A stretch of DNA of 63,994 nt, the filler included, from Octopus bimaculoides (taxonomy: Eukaryota), in NCBI RefSeq assembly GCF_001194135.2. It is 6 parts of 6 records of this genome, joined end to end, with 100 filler letters (N's around TTAATTAATTAA, not from the genome) between each part and the next. Parts side by side here need not be neighbours in the genome. Positions count along the whole stretch, not along the records: positions 1 to 15,009 come from NW_026399621.1; 5 more parts are not named here. The stretch is one strand, 5' to 3'. The notes beneath the pieces were generated by a model. That model searched no databases and was not told the origin of the DNA. It saw nothing but the letters and a program-made list of their open reading frames with translations. Of the stretch, positions 1 through 12,619 are shown piece by piece. How positions within the stretch are numbered: the stretch's first letter is position 1; the number at the start of each line of letters is the position of its first letter. A program made the position numbers and the translations under genes.

Positions 1-45
1 ATATATATATATATATATACATACATACATACATACACATACACA

Positions 46-172
46 TGATGGGCTTCTTTCAGTTTCCCACTATCAGATCCACTCACAAGACTTTGGTTGG
101 CCCGAGGCTATAGTAAGAGTGGAGCTGATCCCAGACCCATGTAGTTGGGAAGTAAATTTCTTACCACACAGC
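46..172 (-). mobile_element. tRNA-derived SINE family A, 5' module (partial)
   Basis: Reverse complement matches the head GCTGTGTGGTAAG..CCCAAC..CATG and the body of the copies at 8070 and 8700. Confidence 0.8.
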
Positions 173-670
173 AACGAGTTTTGTATCATATTTTAGACGA
201 TAGTTGATGTCTTTTCAGGCAAGTCAGCAGTACTTTCTAGCATTGCAGATACAACCGTTTCCACTTTAATGGCACATGATTGTGATTAGTTGCCTGGTTT
301 TGAATTTCATTTCTGTTAGTAAACATTCAACTTTACATGTCGAGTGCTTGTCACATCTCCAATATATGACATTCTTGACAGTCATGATGCTAACGTATAA
401 ACAGCCATTAAGAATTAACTTAATGTTTTTCTTTTCTACACATCACAAACTCCTCAGCTATGGGCAAAAATAATCGATATTGATCTGACAAAGGAAGACT
501 TAGTGAATTTTATATGGTATTGTCTGATTGGTTGATCTGAAGTTTGATGTCTACAAAGTTATATTAAATAACAATCGGAAATCACTGTTGAGAAGGAAGT
601 CTTTCTAAAATGCAATATATTCATAAATAAAGCTATTCGAAAATTCGTGATACCATATGTATATATATGT

Positions 671-712
<42 letters not shown>

Positions 713-1420
713 GTATCTGTGTGTGTTTTCTGACGCTACTCTATCTCTTTCTCTTTCTCTTCCTCCTCAATTTTCCCCCCTCTCGTTCTTCCTCTGTTTA
801 CTACTACGTATCTCTCTTTACCCCTCTCGTTCTTCCTCTGTTACTACTACGTATCTCCTTTTCCCCCCTCGTACTTCCTCTCTTCCTCTCGTTGCTCACC
901 TATTCTTCTACTTCCTCCCTTTGTTTCTCCCTCTACCACTCTCTCTCTCTTCCCCTTACACCGGCATGGTCACATGCTTCCGGTCAATAATCCTTTTCTT
1001 TCTTGGCTATTGCCGAGCAAACACGCGAACTTACTTCGTCCCCACTTTCAAGTTCGTGCCTCACAGCGTTCATACACATAATTGTTCCCGTCTGGCTGTA
1101 TAGCCTTTTCTGTTTGTTTTCCTGTCTTCTTTTTTGTCCGCCACTACATTCCTCCATGGCAAGGTTCAATTTGTGTATACAAATTTAATTTATGGTCCAC
1201 GGGAAGAGCCGTTTTAGCAATGCGTCCTGCCCAGCTCTTCGAAACGCCGGTGTTAAAACGGGGGTAGCTGATGAAGAAGAATGTTCTCTATGCGGCTTGT
1301 GTGTTTTCTCGTCTACGTTTTGTTTGCAATGTCCTGTACCCAGATATGCACCCATACATACAGGTGGATGTCGGTATGCACATACCTGTACGTATATATG
1401 CATATACTCATTTACTATTT

Positions 1421-1475
<55 letters not shown>

Positions 1476-1604
1476 TACATAATACATGCATACATACATA
1501 CATATGTGCATGCCTGTGTGTGTGCATGGGTGCATGCATACATACGTGTGTGTGTGTATATATATATATATATACACACACACACATATGCACATGTAGT
1601 GCTA

Positions 1605-2889
1605 AGAGGGTGAGCTGAGAATTTCATATACTGACAATGAAGGAATGTTGCTAGAGCTGTGAAATCTTGTGTTCATTAATTTTCATACTTCTAATGCATA
1701 ACTGCATTGTTTCTTCCCAGGTAAACTGGTGTTTCACTGTTGAAAGTAGGCTTCAAAAGTAACTTGTAGTGACTTCTCTTGAATATAGATAACATTTGAC
1801 ATTGTGGTGTTATCATGTACCTTCAGAAAAAGGGTTTGGCTCCTAAGGACATTCATGCTGACATGATTACTACACAGGTTGATGATGCTTCATCTTCATC
1901 GGCAATGCAAAGTGGGCTGCTGTATTTAGGAGTTGGAGGGAGAGTTTTGAAGATGACCCAAGGTCTGGATGTCCATGCAACTGCCACCACGGAGGTGGCA
2001 TTGATCAGGTTCACCACATGGTCATAGATGACAGACAATTGACTGTAAGTCAATTTACCAATGCTATTAGCATTTCTTGCATGAAAGTTCAGAATATTCT
2101 GCAGGATGAACATGACATGACAAAGATTTCTGCTCAGTGAGTTTCATGCCTTCTGACACATGATCGTAAGCATACCAGGCTGATTACGTCACAGGAAAAT
2201 CTGACACTCTTTGAAGCAGATCAAGCTGATTACTTTGAACGTTTCCTAAATCAGGATGAGTGTTGGGTTCATCACTTTGAGCCAGACACGAAGAGACAAT
2301 CCATGCAGTGGAAACATCCTTCCTCACCAGCTTAAAAGAAGGCTATAATCATTTCATCTGCAGGAAAGATGATTGCCTCAGTTTTTTGAGATGCAAAAGG
2401 CATTGTATTTATTGACTATTTTAAAAGGGCCACACCATCAATGAAGAGTACTATTCCAACTTGCTGAGGCTGTTACGAAAGGCTATCAACACCAAATGCC
2501 CAGGAAAACTGATGAAAGGGGTTTTATTTCAGTGGGACAATACACCAGCACATAAGTACTTGGTTTCAGTGGCTGCTGTGCATGACTGTGGCTTTGAACT
2601 GGTTGATCATCCCCCCTCTTCTCCTGATTTGGCCCTATCTTACTTCTTCAACATAAATAACACTTGGCTGTGAACCAATATGGCAAATGATGGTGATATG
2701 ATATCTACTGTTGAAGTTTTTCACTCACAGAATGGAAGCTTCTTCAACAATGGGATCACAGCACTGCAACACAAATGGCAGAAATGTGTGGACTACAAGG
2801 GGACCTTTGTTGAAAATGATATAAGTCTCATTTAGTCACATTCCATGAGAGTATCTTGGTTTGCTTATGACCTTTTCAGCTGACCCTTG
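1605..2889 (+). mobile_element. Full-length decayed mariner (Tc1/mariner) transposon
   Basis: TA-flanked imperfect TIRs (AGAGGGTGAGCTGAGAATTTCATA / TATGACCTTTTCAGCTGACCCTTG), about 1.29 kb. Frameshifted transposase pieces YLQKKGLAPKDIHADM, NQDECWVHHFEP, DNTPAH, HPPSSPDLA. Confidence 0.93.
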
Positions 2890-3056
2890 TATGTGTACAC
2901 ATTCCCTTTCTCTCTCTCTCTCTAATCATGTACTAGTGTTGATTGGCAGAAGTTGCAGAATGACTCAAAAGTACTTATGAGTGCCATATATGAAACTCTC
3001 AGCACTTGAATTGCTTTGTAACTTCTACCTGTTAAAAATAATAAAATCTGCAATCC

Positions 3057-4050
3057 AGTGGCTGTTGGGTAAGAAGCTTGCTTCTCAACCACATGGTTTT
3101 GGGTTCAGTCCCACTGCGTGACACTTTGGGCAAGTGTATTCTACTACAGCCTCAGGTCAACAAAAGCCTTGTGAGTGGATTTGGTAGACAGAAACTGAAA
3201 GATGCCAGTTGTGTATGTATATATATATATAAACAATATATGAGTGTATGCATATATATGTACATGTATGTATATACGTTCATCTACATGTACATATAGA
3301 TACATAACTGGGTACATGACGTGGCAAAAGAACAAGGACAAAATGGTAAACAAGGTGCAACAAACAAGCAGGCCACATAGAAACATCCTCTTCATACACA
3401 CACACACGCGCACGCACACACACACATATATATATATATATGCCTTCTAAATATAACTATCACACCACTCCTATGTCTTGACCTCCACTATTTTCCTCTG
3501 CTACTCTCTAAATTATAATGGACTTGATAAGATATGCATTTTTTTCTAAACTCATTCTACCACAAATATAACAATGAAACAATGTAATTATTTTGGTTTC
3601 TAGTATTGATATAAATTTGTTAAACATTGTTTATCCTTTATGTTGGAAATCTATATGGTCACCTACTTCTGAGAGGAGCAGTTTCTTTTAGATTGATGCA
3701 ATGTTTTCATTGATTGATTAAATGAAGCCACTCGAAACGGCCATAATGTATTGATACCTGGACATCCTTGTTACTTATTTATATTGTATATATATATGTA
3801 TGCACATATGTATCTATAATTATATATTTGTGTGTTTGTGACTGTTTGTCCCCCACCCATCCCTTGACAACCAATGTTGGTGTGTTTACGCTTTGTTACT
3901 TGGCAGTTCAGCAAAAGAGGCCGATAGAATAGGTACTAGGCTTACAAATAATAAATCCTGGGGTTGATTTCTTCAACTAAAAAAAAACCCTTTAAGGTGG
4001 TGCTCCAGCATGGCTGCAGTCAAATAACTGAAACAAGTAAAAGAAGAAAA
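3057..4050 (+). mobile_element. SINE family A, 5' module (3057-3230) and 3' module (about 3830-4050) separated by about 600 bp
   Basis: Both modules align by eye to the intact copy at 8070-8464; tail ends GAAACAAGTAAAAG. Confidence 0.8.
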
Positions 4051-4059
4051 CCCTCAATA

Positions 4060-6400
4060 CAACTCTCACTTGCTGTTCCAAAGAACTCACTACTCTAGCC
4101 ACATCTATTTCCTTAACCGTTGCCGCCATCATCACATCATACCTCATGGCTTCCACTTGAAGTTTCATGCTACCTCTCACTGAACCTATCCTTGCATTCT
4201 TCTCATTCATGCTACCATTTGTTCCACCCTCTCTCGTATTCACTCCCTGGATAACCAACTCCCACATACTTACCTTCTCTTCTCCTCTCTTTGCCCTCTA
4301 TCCTTTACCCTACATATTCTCTGCTTCTTGCTGGGCCTAAACCGCCAACCTTTCAAATTTCTCACACACATCAAGAACCGCAAATTCCACTTCCTCTTCA
4401 ACCTCTCCTCCACACCTTTGCCTCTCACTCCTGTCCACCCCACTCTCTCTCTTCCCACTGCCATGCATCTACACAATGTCACAATGATCAGTATTACTTC
4501 TATCAAACTGGACTCTGCCTCCAGGCCAGTTCAGCAGCCTAGGTATGTTTGCGAATGATTGCAACAATCTAGTCAGTCAATTCAATTTTAAAAGTGGGTC
4601 CCGCCATTCAAATATCACTCGCACTGAAATGTTTGCCCTTTGCAACCTCTGTTGCCACAACAATATCATCGTCAAGCCAGCAGATAAAGGTGGGGCCATA
4701 GTGGTGTGGCGTGCTGACCTTTGCATGGAGGAAATGTTCCAACACCTTCAGAAACCTGTATTTTATCGCCTCCTCTCCTCTGACCTCACCCTCCTACCAG
4801 CAGTGTGTGTCCTCCACCATTTGTGACCTCGTCTAATCTTCCACCCTCCCCACTACTGCAACCAACTTTATAAACCCAACAACACCAGCCACCCTATAGT
4901 TATCACCTGTAACTGTCCCACAGAAAACATTTATAAATTCAACGACCTCATCCTTTCTCCTTTAGATGCTGCCCTCTCATCTCACATATATGGCACTAAC
5001 CACGTCCTCCGCCTCTTCAAATCCTTTTCCTTCACTCCTGGCCTCTCATATCTTCTTTTTACCATGGGCATTAAATCATTATACACTATCATCTCCCACA
5101 ACAATGGCCTCTTAACCCGCCAATACTTCCTTGATCATCGTACCAAACCCACACTCATCACATTCACACTTCTCCACCTCGTGGAACTAGTCCTAATACT
5201 TAACTGTTTCACATTTGTCGGTGAGATCTACTAGCATGGAATATGGCATCACCAATGGGGACAAGAACTGGCCCCAAATTTACTAACTTATTCGTTGGTT
5301 ACATCAAGGCCAAATCTTCTCACAGTTCTTCAGACTGACATCAGAGCTATATGGTCATTATATAGACGACTGCGTTGGCACTACCTCCCTCTCCAATTGC
5401 TGCTCTCCAAATTTATCCCTTTCACCTCCAACTTCCATCCTTCTCTTGAATTCACCTCTATCGTCTGTCAATTTTCTCAAAATATCTATCAATTTCCACA
5501 CCCACCACTTCTGCCTTCTTCAAACTCATGGATTCCTACCTCTAACTCAACTTTTCCTAATACCACCCTTCCCACACCAAACGGGCCACCCCCTATTTCC
5601 AATTCCTCTGCCTCTGACGTCTGTACAGCTGCAACCAGGATTTTGAGACCCAGTCTCAATACCTGGCACTCTTGTTTACACATCGTGGATATCCCTCCAC
5701 CATTGTACAAACTGCCCTTACTCATGCCCACCAAGTTGATCGTACCACAGCCCTCTCTCCTTTTCTACATTAGGCTTCCAACTGTATCTCCTTTCTACTT
5801 TTCCACCCCTCCACCCTACCTCTTCGCCAGATCTTACAGGTTTTCCATCATCTCTAACTAGATCCCATCACCCTCCCTATTTTACCAAACTCACACTTGC
5901 CCTCCTTCAAATGCACCTGCAGCTTGCACGACCTACTGGTCCATAGGTCCCTCCCCATTCCCATTCTCACCAATCCTGAATCCTTCCCTTACTGCAGACA
6001 CTGATGTCACACCTGTCCATTCATCACCAACATCAGATCCCTCACTGGATCTAACCAACACACTTTCTACATCCAGAACTCCTGCTGCTGCACTTTATCT
6101 AACCTTGCATACTGTATCCAATGTACTCTTCACAACCACCTATATGAGTCAGATGGGCCATCGGTTAGCCGACTAGTCTGCAGAACTCTTACAGGACAAC
6201 CATCAGCAAAAAGACACCCCCATCACCTGTCATTTTTGTACTGCCAGCCACTCCACCTCACATCTCACTGTCTTTGGCCTAGTCTTACACCAAGGATCCA
6301 CCAACACCAGACTTTACTTTGAATAATGCTAAATTTTCACTCTCAAAACCCAAACTCCATTTGGATTAACCATGGTCCCCTCCTTCCAGTGACAACTTCC
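4060..6400 (+). mobile_element. Penelope-like retroelement (RT + GIY-YIG), decayed
   Basis: PLE RT motifs in order: NIIVKPADKGGAIVVWR (about 4660), IKSLYTIISH, FTNLFVGYI, YIDD (5359-5370), FHPSLEFT. Then a Cys-rich GIY-YIG-like segment (SNLAYCIQC, about 6090) and a terminal TPFGLN. Many stops and frameshifts. Confidence 0.85.
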
Positions 6401-6797
6401 ACACACCTTTCTAAAGAAATTTATTTTTAAAATTATTTTTTATTTAAAAAAAAAATTTATTTTTTTTGAAATTTTTAAAATTCTTTATTTTCATTTATTT
6501 TTTTATCTATCTTACACACACCAACATACATAGCATGCACCTTACCACATAATATATACACATGTACCACACACACATACATGTTCACATGCTGACATGT
6601 ACAAACAGAACCATCCACACACACACACGCATGCGCAAGCATACATACATACACATACATACACATACACACACACGTGCACACACATACATATACACAC
6701 ACTCATACACATATACAAACACGCCCGCACACACATACCCACACACACATCCTCACACACGCACGTCCATACAGGCACTCACACACATCCACACACA

Positions 6798-7090
6798 CAC
6801 TGGCATGAGTTGGACGGTTTGATTAAGGACTGGCAAGCCAGGAGGCTGCACCAGGCTCCAATCTGTTCTGGGAAGGTTTCTACAGCTGGATGCCCTTCCT
6901 AGTGCCAACCACTCCGAGAGTGTATTGGATGCTTTTTTTATGTGCCACTGGCACGAAGACCAATCAGACAACACTGGCATCGACCACGCTTGAATGGTGC
7001 TTTTTTATGTGCCACCAGCATAGGAGCCAGCCATGCAGCACTGGCATTGGCCACAGCAGCAGTTTTACTTGACTGAACAGGTCTTCTGCA
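6798..7090 (-). mobile_element. RTE-LINE-related 3' tail / SINE fragment
   Basis: Shares TGGCATG(G/A)GTTGGACGGTTT..TTTCTACAGCTGGATG with the copies at 9236 and 10838, which end in (GAT)n on the minus strand. Confidence 0.65.
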
Positions 7091-7161
<71 letters not shown>

Positions 7162-8069
7162 CTTGTATATGGTATGTTGTGAATTTATGAGAATTTTAAA
7201 ATTCTCATATATTTTAACATCTTCTCTTCTCCATTTTAAACAAAATTGTTGAGTTTTATAGGATTCCTTTCCATAAAATTACAACACATCATAAACAAGT
7301 ATTATTTTCATATTCACAAATGTATGCCACTAAGCTACGAGCAAAATATGAAGAATCTATATTAGTAATCTTTTTTTGGAAACCTCCAAATTAAAGGATG
7401 AATCTAATTCAACCTTTTCACACACACACACATGTATGAATGTATGTGTTTGTGTATATACATACCCATGTATTGAGTTCTATTTGTATTGTTTATTCTA
7501 CTGAGTTTATTATGTCTATCTATATGTGCGTGTGTGTGTGTGCGTGCATATATGCATTTATATAAACATATATATATAAACACACACACTAACACACACA
7601 TATTTATACATGTGAGTGCATGCATATATGCATATGTAATAACATACACACAAGCGTATGTGTATTTATGCATGAATAATTAAGCATCTGAAGTGTGTTC
7701 TATAAAACTTATTATCATATATCCCAAAAGCACAAAAGTAGTTGGAAGATAACATATATGGATGTTTGAAAGTAGTTACTGCTAAAATAATTATATTTCT
7801 GTATGTTCTAAATTTATTTTATATTTTTATGGTAATTACTAACTGTTGATATACATGAAGTCACGAAAGCCTCATGCTCATGTACAAGCTTGTATTAAAA
7901 CAGCTCATTATTTATTATTAAAGGTAGATAAAAGTGACCCCATTAAGTTGAGGTATGAAATACTTGCAAGTATGAAATGCAACTATGGCTGAATATGAAT
8001 TCTTCAATATTATGGATTATAATAATAATAAATGAAACAGCAACACCCATGAGAATTATGCTATAATTA

Positions 8070-8464
8070 GGAGTGGCTGTGTGGTAAGTAGCTTGCTTAC
8101 CAACCACATGGTTCCGGGTTCAGTTCCACTGTGTGGCACCTTGGGCAAGTGTCTTCTACTATAGTCTCGGACCGACCAAAACCTTGTGAGTGGATTTGGT
8201 AGACGGAAACTGAAAGAAGCCCATCGTATATATGTGTATATGTGTGTGCATATGTTTGCGTGTCTGTGTTTGTCCCCCCAACATTGACAACCGATGCTGG
8301 TGTGTTTACGTCCCTGTAACTTAGCGGTTCGGCAACGGAGGCCGATAGAATAAGTACTAGGCTTACAAAGAATAAGTCCTGGGGTCGATTTGCTCGACTA
8401 AAGGTAGTGCTCCAGCATGGCCACAGTCAACTGACTGAAACAAGTAAAAGAGTAAAAGAGTAAG
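8070..8464 (+). mobile_element. tRNA-derived SINE family A, complete two-module copy
   Basis: tRNA-like head (GGAGTGGCTGTGTGGTAAG ... GGTTCAGTTCC), internal (TA/TG)n spacer, 3' module and (GTAAAAGA)n tail. Confidence 0.9.
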
Positions 8465-8699
8465 AATTTAGACTGGTGGAAGTTTATTGATAACTAAAAC
8501 AATATATAATTTCCTTTGAAATTGGCTTTTGTGAAACATTTGTTTCCTAAGATTGTGTAAAGTTTAGATAGGTAGTTAGAATGAAAGGTACAACCTTGGA
8601 AGAGAAAACAAACTTGAAAATTATAAAGTATTACATTGCATGTTTGTCTGTCAGAATGATGAGGGCCATCTACTTATTTTAGGATGACTGATAGGCGTA

Positions 8700-8844
8700 G
8701 GAGTGGCTGTGTGGTAAGTAGCTTGCTTACCAACTACATGGTTCCGGGTTCAGTCCCACTGCATGGCATCTAGGGCAAGTGTCTTCTACTATAGCCTTGG
8801 GCCGACCAAAGCCTTGTGAGTGGATTTGGTAGAAGCCCGTCGTA

Positions 8845-8885
<41 letters not shown>

Positions 8886-9108
8886 ATGTGTTTGTGTGTC
8901 TGTGTTTGTTCTCCCAACATCACTTGACAACCAATGCTGGTGTATTTATGTCCCCGTAACTTAGCAGTTCAGCAAAAGAGAATGATAGAATAAGTATTAG
9001 GCTTCCAACGAATAAGTCCAGGGGTCGATTTGCTTGACTAAAGGTGGTGCTCCAGCATGGCCACAGTCAAAAGACTGAAACAAGTAAAAGAGTAAAAGAG
9101 TAAAGAGT
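8700..9108 (+). mobile_element. tRNA-derived SINE family A, complete copy
   Basis: Near-collinear with 8070-8464, including the (AGTAAAAG)3 tail. Confidence 0.9.
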
Positions 9109-9235
9109 GAAAGAGATGTTCTCATGCAGTGGCTCTGTTCAAAGTGAAGAAGAGTTGTGCACTGTCAATCTCACTCCTTCATCCATGACCATCTTCAATC
9201 CAGTAGCAAGACCAGGTCAATTGTACTTTGAACAG

Positions 9236-9330
9236 CATTCATCATCATCATTTAAGATCCATTGTCCATGCTGGCATGGGTTGGACGGTTTGACCAGGGC
9301 TGGTAAACTGAGGGGCTGCACCAAACTCCA
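9236..9330 (-). mobile_element. RTE-related 3' tail fragment
   Basis: (CAT)n followed by CCATGCTGGCATGGGTTGGACGG, as at 10838-11170. Confidence 0.65.
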
Positions 9331-9482
9331 ATTTGAAATAATATGTCCTTTTATATTTCATTTTTTTTTTAAGTGCACTGGTGGAATTGGATAGTGATTT
9401 GACTGGTATTTCTAGCAGGTCACGCGAGTGCATAAAAACTCACCCGTTATTTTATGTTTTGTACAATTTCTCTCTATAAAGC

Positions 9483-9690
9483 AGGTGAGGTGGCAAAATC
9501 GTTAGATCATTGGAAAAATTGTCTTGCAGTATTTGTCCCTACACTTAATGACATGAGTTCAAATTTTACCAAGGTCAACTTTGCTTTTCATCCTTTGGGG
9601 TGGGGGGTCATTAAATTAAGTACCAGTCAAGTACTGGGCTCGATGATGTCAACTAACTCCCACTTATACTGGCTGGCATTGTGCCTAAAT
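9483..9690 (+). mobile_element. tRNA-derived SINE family B (degenerate)
   Basis: GGTGAGGTGGCA head, AGTTCAAATT B-box-like motif and the central CTTTGCTTTTCATCCTTT..AAATTAAGTACCAG block shared with 21350. Confidence 0.75.
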
Positions 9691-10199
9691 AAGTAGCAAT
9701 TATTCTTACATATAGACTTATCTCTAAAACTTTAAACTTTGTTATTGCTATTAGGTTTCAGTACTAAAACCACTAAACTATTCTCTCATTAAACATCAAT
9801 TTCCTGCTGAACATCAATGAATATCTATTATATAAAGATAGAGCCATTACAAGGTTAAAAATTCATAACCTATCAGCAAAATGTTTGCATATCTCCATCT
9901 TACGATATTGGAAATATTTATACATTTGATATGATACTAAATTTCTTTCTTTATAGTCTTCATTCTTTTGTCCTATAGATACAGAAAAAAAAAAAAAAGA
10001 AAGATAGCGTGTTACTCATATTTTGATGTGAAAAATATTATTTACCAACCAATTCTTCAGATGAATTCTGGAATTGCAGACAGAAAAATATGTATTTTTA
10101 AATGTATTTAGTTGTTGCTCTTTCTGTAATCATTGTTATCATAGGTGTTGCACGGTATACAATATTGTAGATTGAAGATATTATGTTTACTGGGGATTT

Positions 10200-10620
10200 G
10201 TGCAGTCTGTCAAGTCATAACAAGGGCCTTATACAAACAGCTCTTTATACAGTACACGTGCAGCTCTCAAGTAAAATCAATTTTTTCAGTTTTCAGGTCT
10301 CCTATTTGTGGACCTTTGCTCTTTCTTTCATGACAATATGTTGACCTAGCTCATCTATGTAAATTGTTAAGCACTTTTGCTAGTCCCTCGTAAAGGTTAC
10401 TACATCTAGCTTTTGGTGCTCTAACACCATGTCTATCTGGAAATCAAAGTCCCAGAGAATTTTTGCCTTCCTTTTTTCGTTCATTACATTTTCCAGTGTA
10501 TGTTGGTATCAAGCTAATATCCATACTTCCAGCACAGTAGCAAGTGAAAGTTCAGGACTTCCTTGTCATATCTTGGTTCATACACTTTCTACACAAGACT
10601 TTCACAAGTGCTAATGATAT
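10200..10620 (-). mobile_element. R4/Dong-like RLE non-LTR retrotransposon fragment
   Basis: Nucleotide-similar to 22790-23020; minus-strand translation gives KILWDFDFQIDMVLEHQK-LDVVT and HIVMKE..K. Confidence 0.75.
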
Positions 10621-10802
10621 CACCCTGCATCTCTACCCATCCTGCCCCACCTAATTCCAATTCGACTCTATGAGCAAATATCCCTACATAGTGTGGTAGC
10701 TAATGATATCATGTGATATAATGATATAATGATATATGTGACAGTGGATTTTCATCGATGAGTTCATGAACCTTGGTTCTTTTCCCTAAAACTATATATT
10801 TA

Positions 10803-10837
<35 letters not shown>

Positions 10838-10841
<4 letters not shown>

Positions 10842-10882
10842 TCATCATCGTTTAACGTCCGNNNNNNNNNNCTATATATTTA

Positions 10883-10921
<39 letters not shown>

Positions 10922-11170
10922 TCATCATCGTTTAACGTCCGCTTTCCAAGCTGGCATGGGTTGGACGGTTTGACTGAGGACTGGCGAGCCAGATGGCAGC
11001 ACTATGCTCCAATCTGATCTGGCAGAGTTTCTACAGCTGGATGTCCTACCTAACGCCACTGGCATGAGAGCCAGTCAGGCAGTACGGTGACAGCCACGCT
11101 CAAATGGTGTTTTTTATGTGCCACCTGCACAGGAGCCAGTTCAGCAGCACTGGCAATGACCTCGCTCAAG
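10838..11170 (-). mobile_element. RTE-related 3' tail / SINE
   Basis: Minus strand ends CCATGCCAGCTTGGAAAGCGGACGTTAAACGATGATGATGAT. The first ~70 bp are duplicated across the 10-N gap. Confidence 0.7.
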
Positions 11171-11368
11171 CAACTAGGTGTAGGAAGTTAGTAAGCTTTG
11201 AACAGTCTGTGGTAGGTATAAAAAACAACTTCCAGGAACAATAATAGTTTATTGATGTAGAAGGTTGAAGGTTTTTACCATTATGAAATTTAGTAAGATG
11301 AAAACAGTTATTCTATAGTTTACGGTTAACAACTCTGAAATGCAAATAAAAATCCAAATTAAGTGAAT

Positions 11369-11634
11369 GGAGTAGGTAAGGCCAGACTACATATGTTTCC
11401 TGGCTATCAGAACTTTGGAAGTTATAATTACTCAATGAGTGGTATTCCACTAGCTACTCATCAGGCTGAAGATACTTTAGTTAAATGAAGGTTACATTGT
11501 CTTTAAGGAATCCCAACTTAACTAAGGTATCTTCAGCCTGATGAGTTACGAGTGGAATGCCCCTTGTTGAGTGAATATTATTTCCTAAGTTCTGATAGCT
11601 AGGAAGCATATGTAGTCTGGATTTTACTTGCTCC
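11369..11634. repeat. Long imperfect inverted repeat (fold-back, MITE-like), arms about 115 bp, spacer about 35 bp
   Basis: Left arm CCAGACTACATATGTTTCCTGGCTATCAGAACT...ACTCATCAGGCTGAAGATACTTTAGTTAA pairs with right arm TTAACTAAGGTATCTTCAGCCTGATGAGT...AGTTCTGATAGCTAGGAAGCATATGTAGTCTGG. Confidence 0.85.
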
Positions 11635-12212
11635 TTTCCCTCAACTTAGACCATTTGCGTGTGTGTGTGTATACACACACACACACACACATATATATGT
11701 ATGTATATTTATACACCTATATACGTGTGTGTATGTACACACACACATGTATATCTTGTACTTTCTATTACTATTTTCTGTTTATCTGTCTATAAGTTAT
11801 ATTTCTCAATATATGAAATTCAAATTCTGTCCCAAGATAAATAACATTTTTTTCTTTCCTAGCAGTTATTCCACTTCAGTGCAGTGTCAATTCCATTCAT
11901 GTGACAACAACACATGCTAAATGATGTGGATCAATCCCTCTTGTCGAAGCTCTGTTATGTTCAGATTTGGGTATAAAAGCTAGTCATGAGAATGGGTGAG
12001 GGGGAGAGGGAGAGGAGAAAGGAGAGAGGAGAGAGAGAGATAATCAATCCTAGTATTAAACAGACTTGAAAGGAGAAACAGCAAAGTTGATTCCAGTGTG
12101 ATTTGAATTCAGACCAAAAGGGAGTGAAGCAATGTCAAATTATATATTATATATTGAATTAAGCCATTAAGACATTCTTTCACTATGTTAGTCATAACAT
12201 TTATATTTTTAA

Positions 12213-12424
12213 CCCTTTAGCATTTAAACCGACCATATTCAACCCCAGAATTTTGCCATTTTTATGTTCAAACATGCCATATGTGGTTTCTCCCATCAAC
12301 CCTACAATGTCATTCTGAAACTAAGCAATCAAAATCTCACAGCTACAAGGTAATGCATGATTAATTTAAAACAATGTGAATAAATAAGCATTACATTTGA
12401 GAGAGAAATCTGAATTCTAAAAGG
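12213..12424. mobile_element. piggyBac-like MITE
   Basis: TTAA|CCCTTTAGCATT left end and AATCTGAATTCTAAAAGG|TGAA right end (degenerate TIR and TTAA target). Confidence 0.7.
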
Positions 12425-12619
12425 TGAAGTTAGAATCATAACATTCTTCTGTTTCTATTCCTTGAGTCATTATACTGGCTTTATATTGGATTTATTTTTA
12501 AAATTGCCATTGAGGAGTATCTCATTATAGCATCAAGTGACAGTTTAAAATCTAGTGTCTTTCTCATATAATTAAGAAATATGCTTATACATATAATGAA
12601 AGTAAAGGTTCTGCCACTT

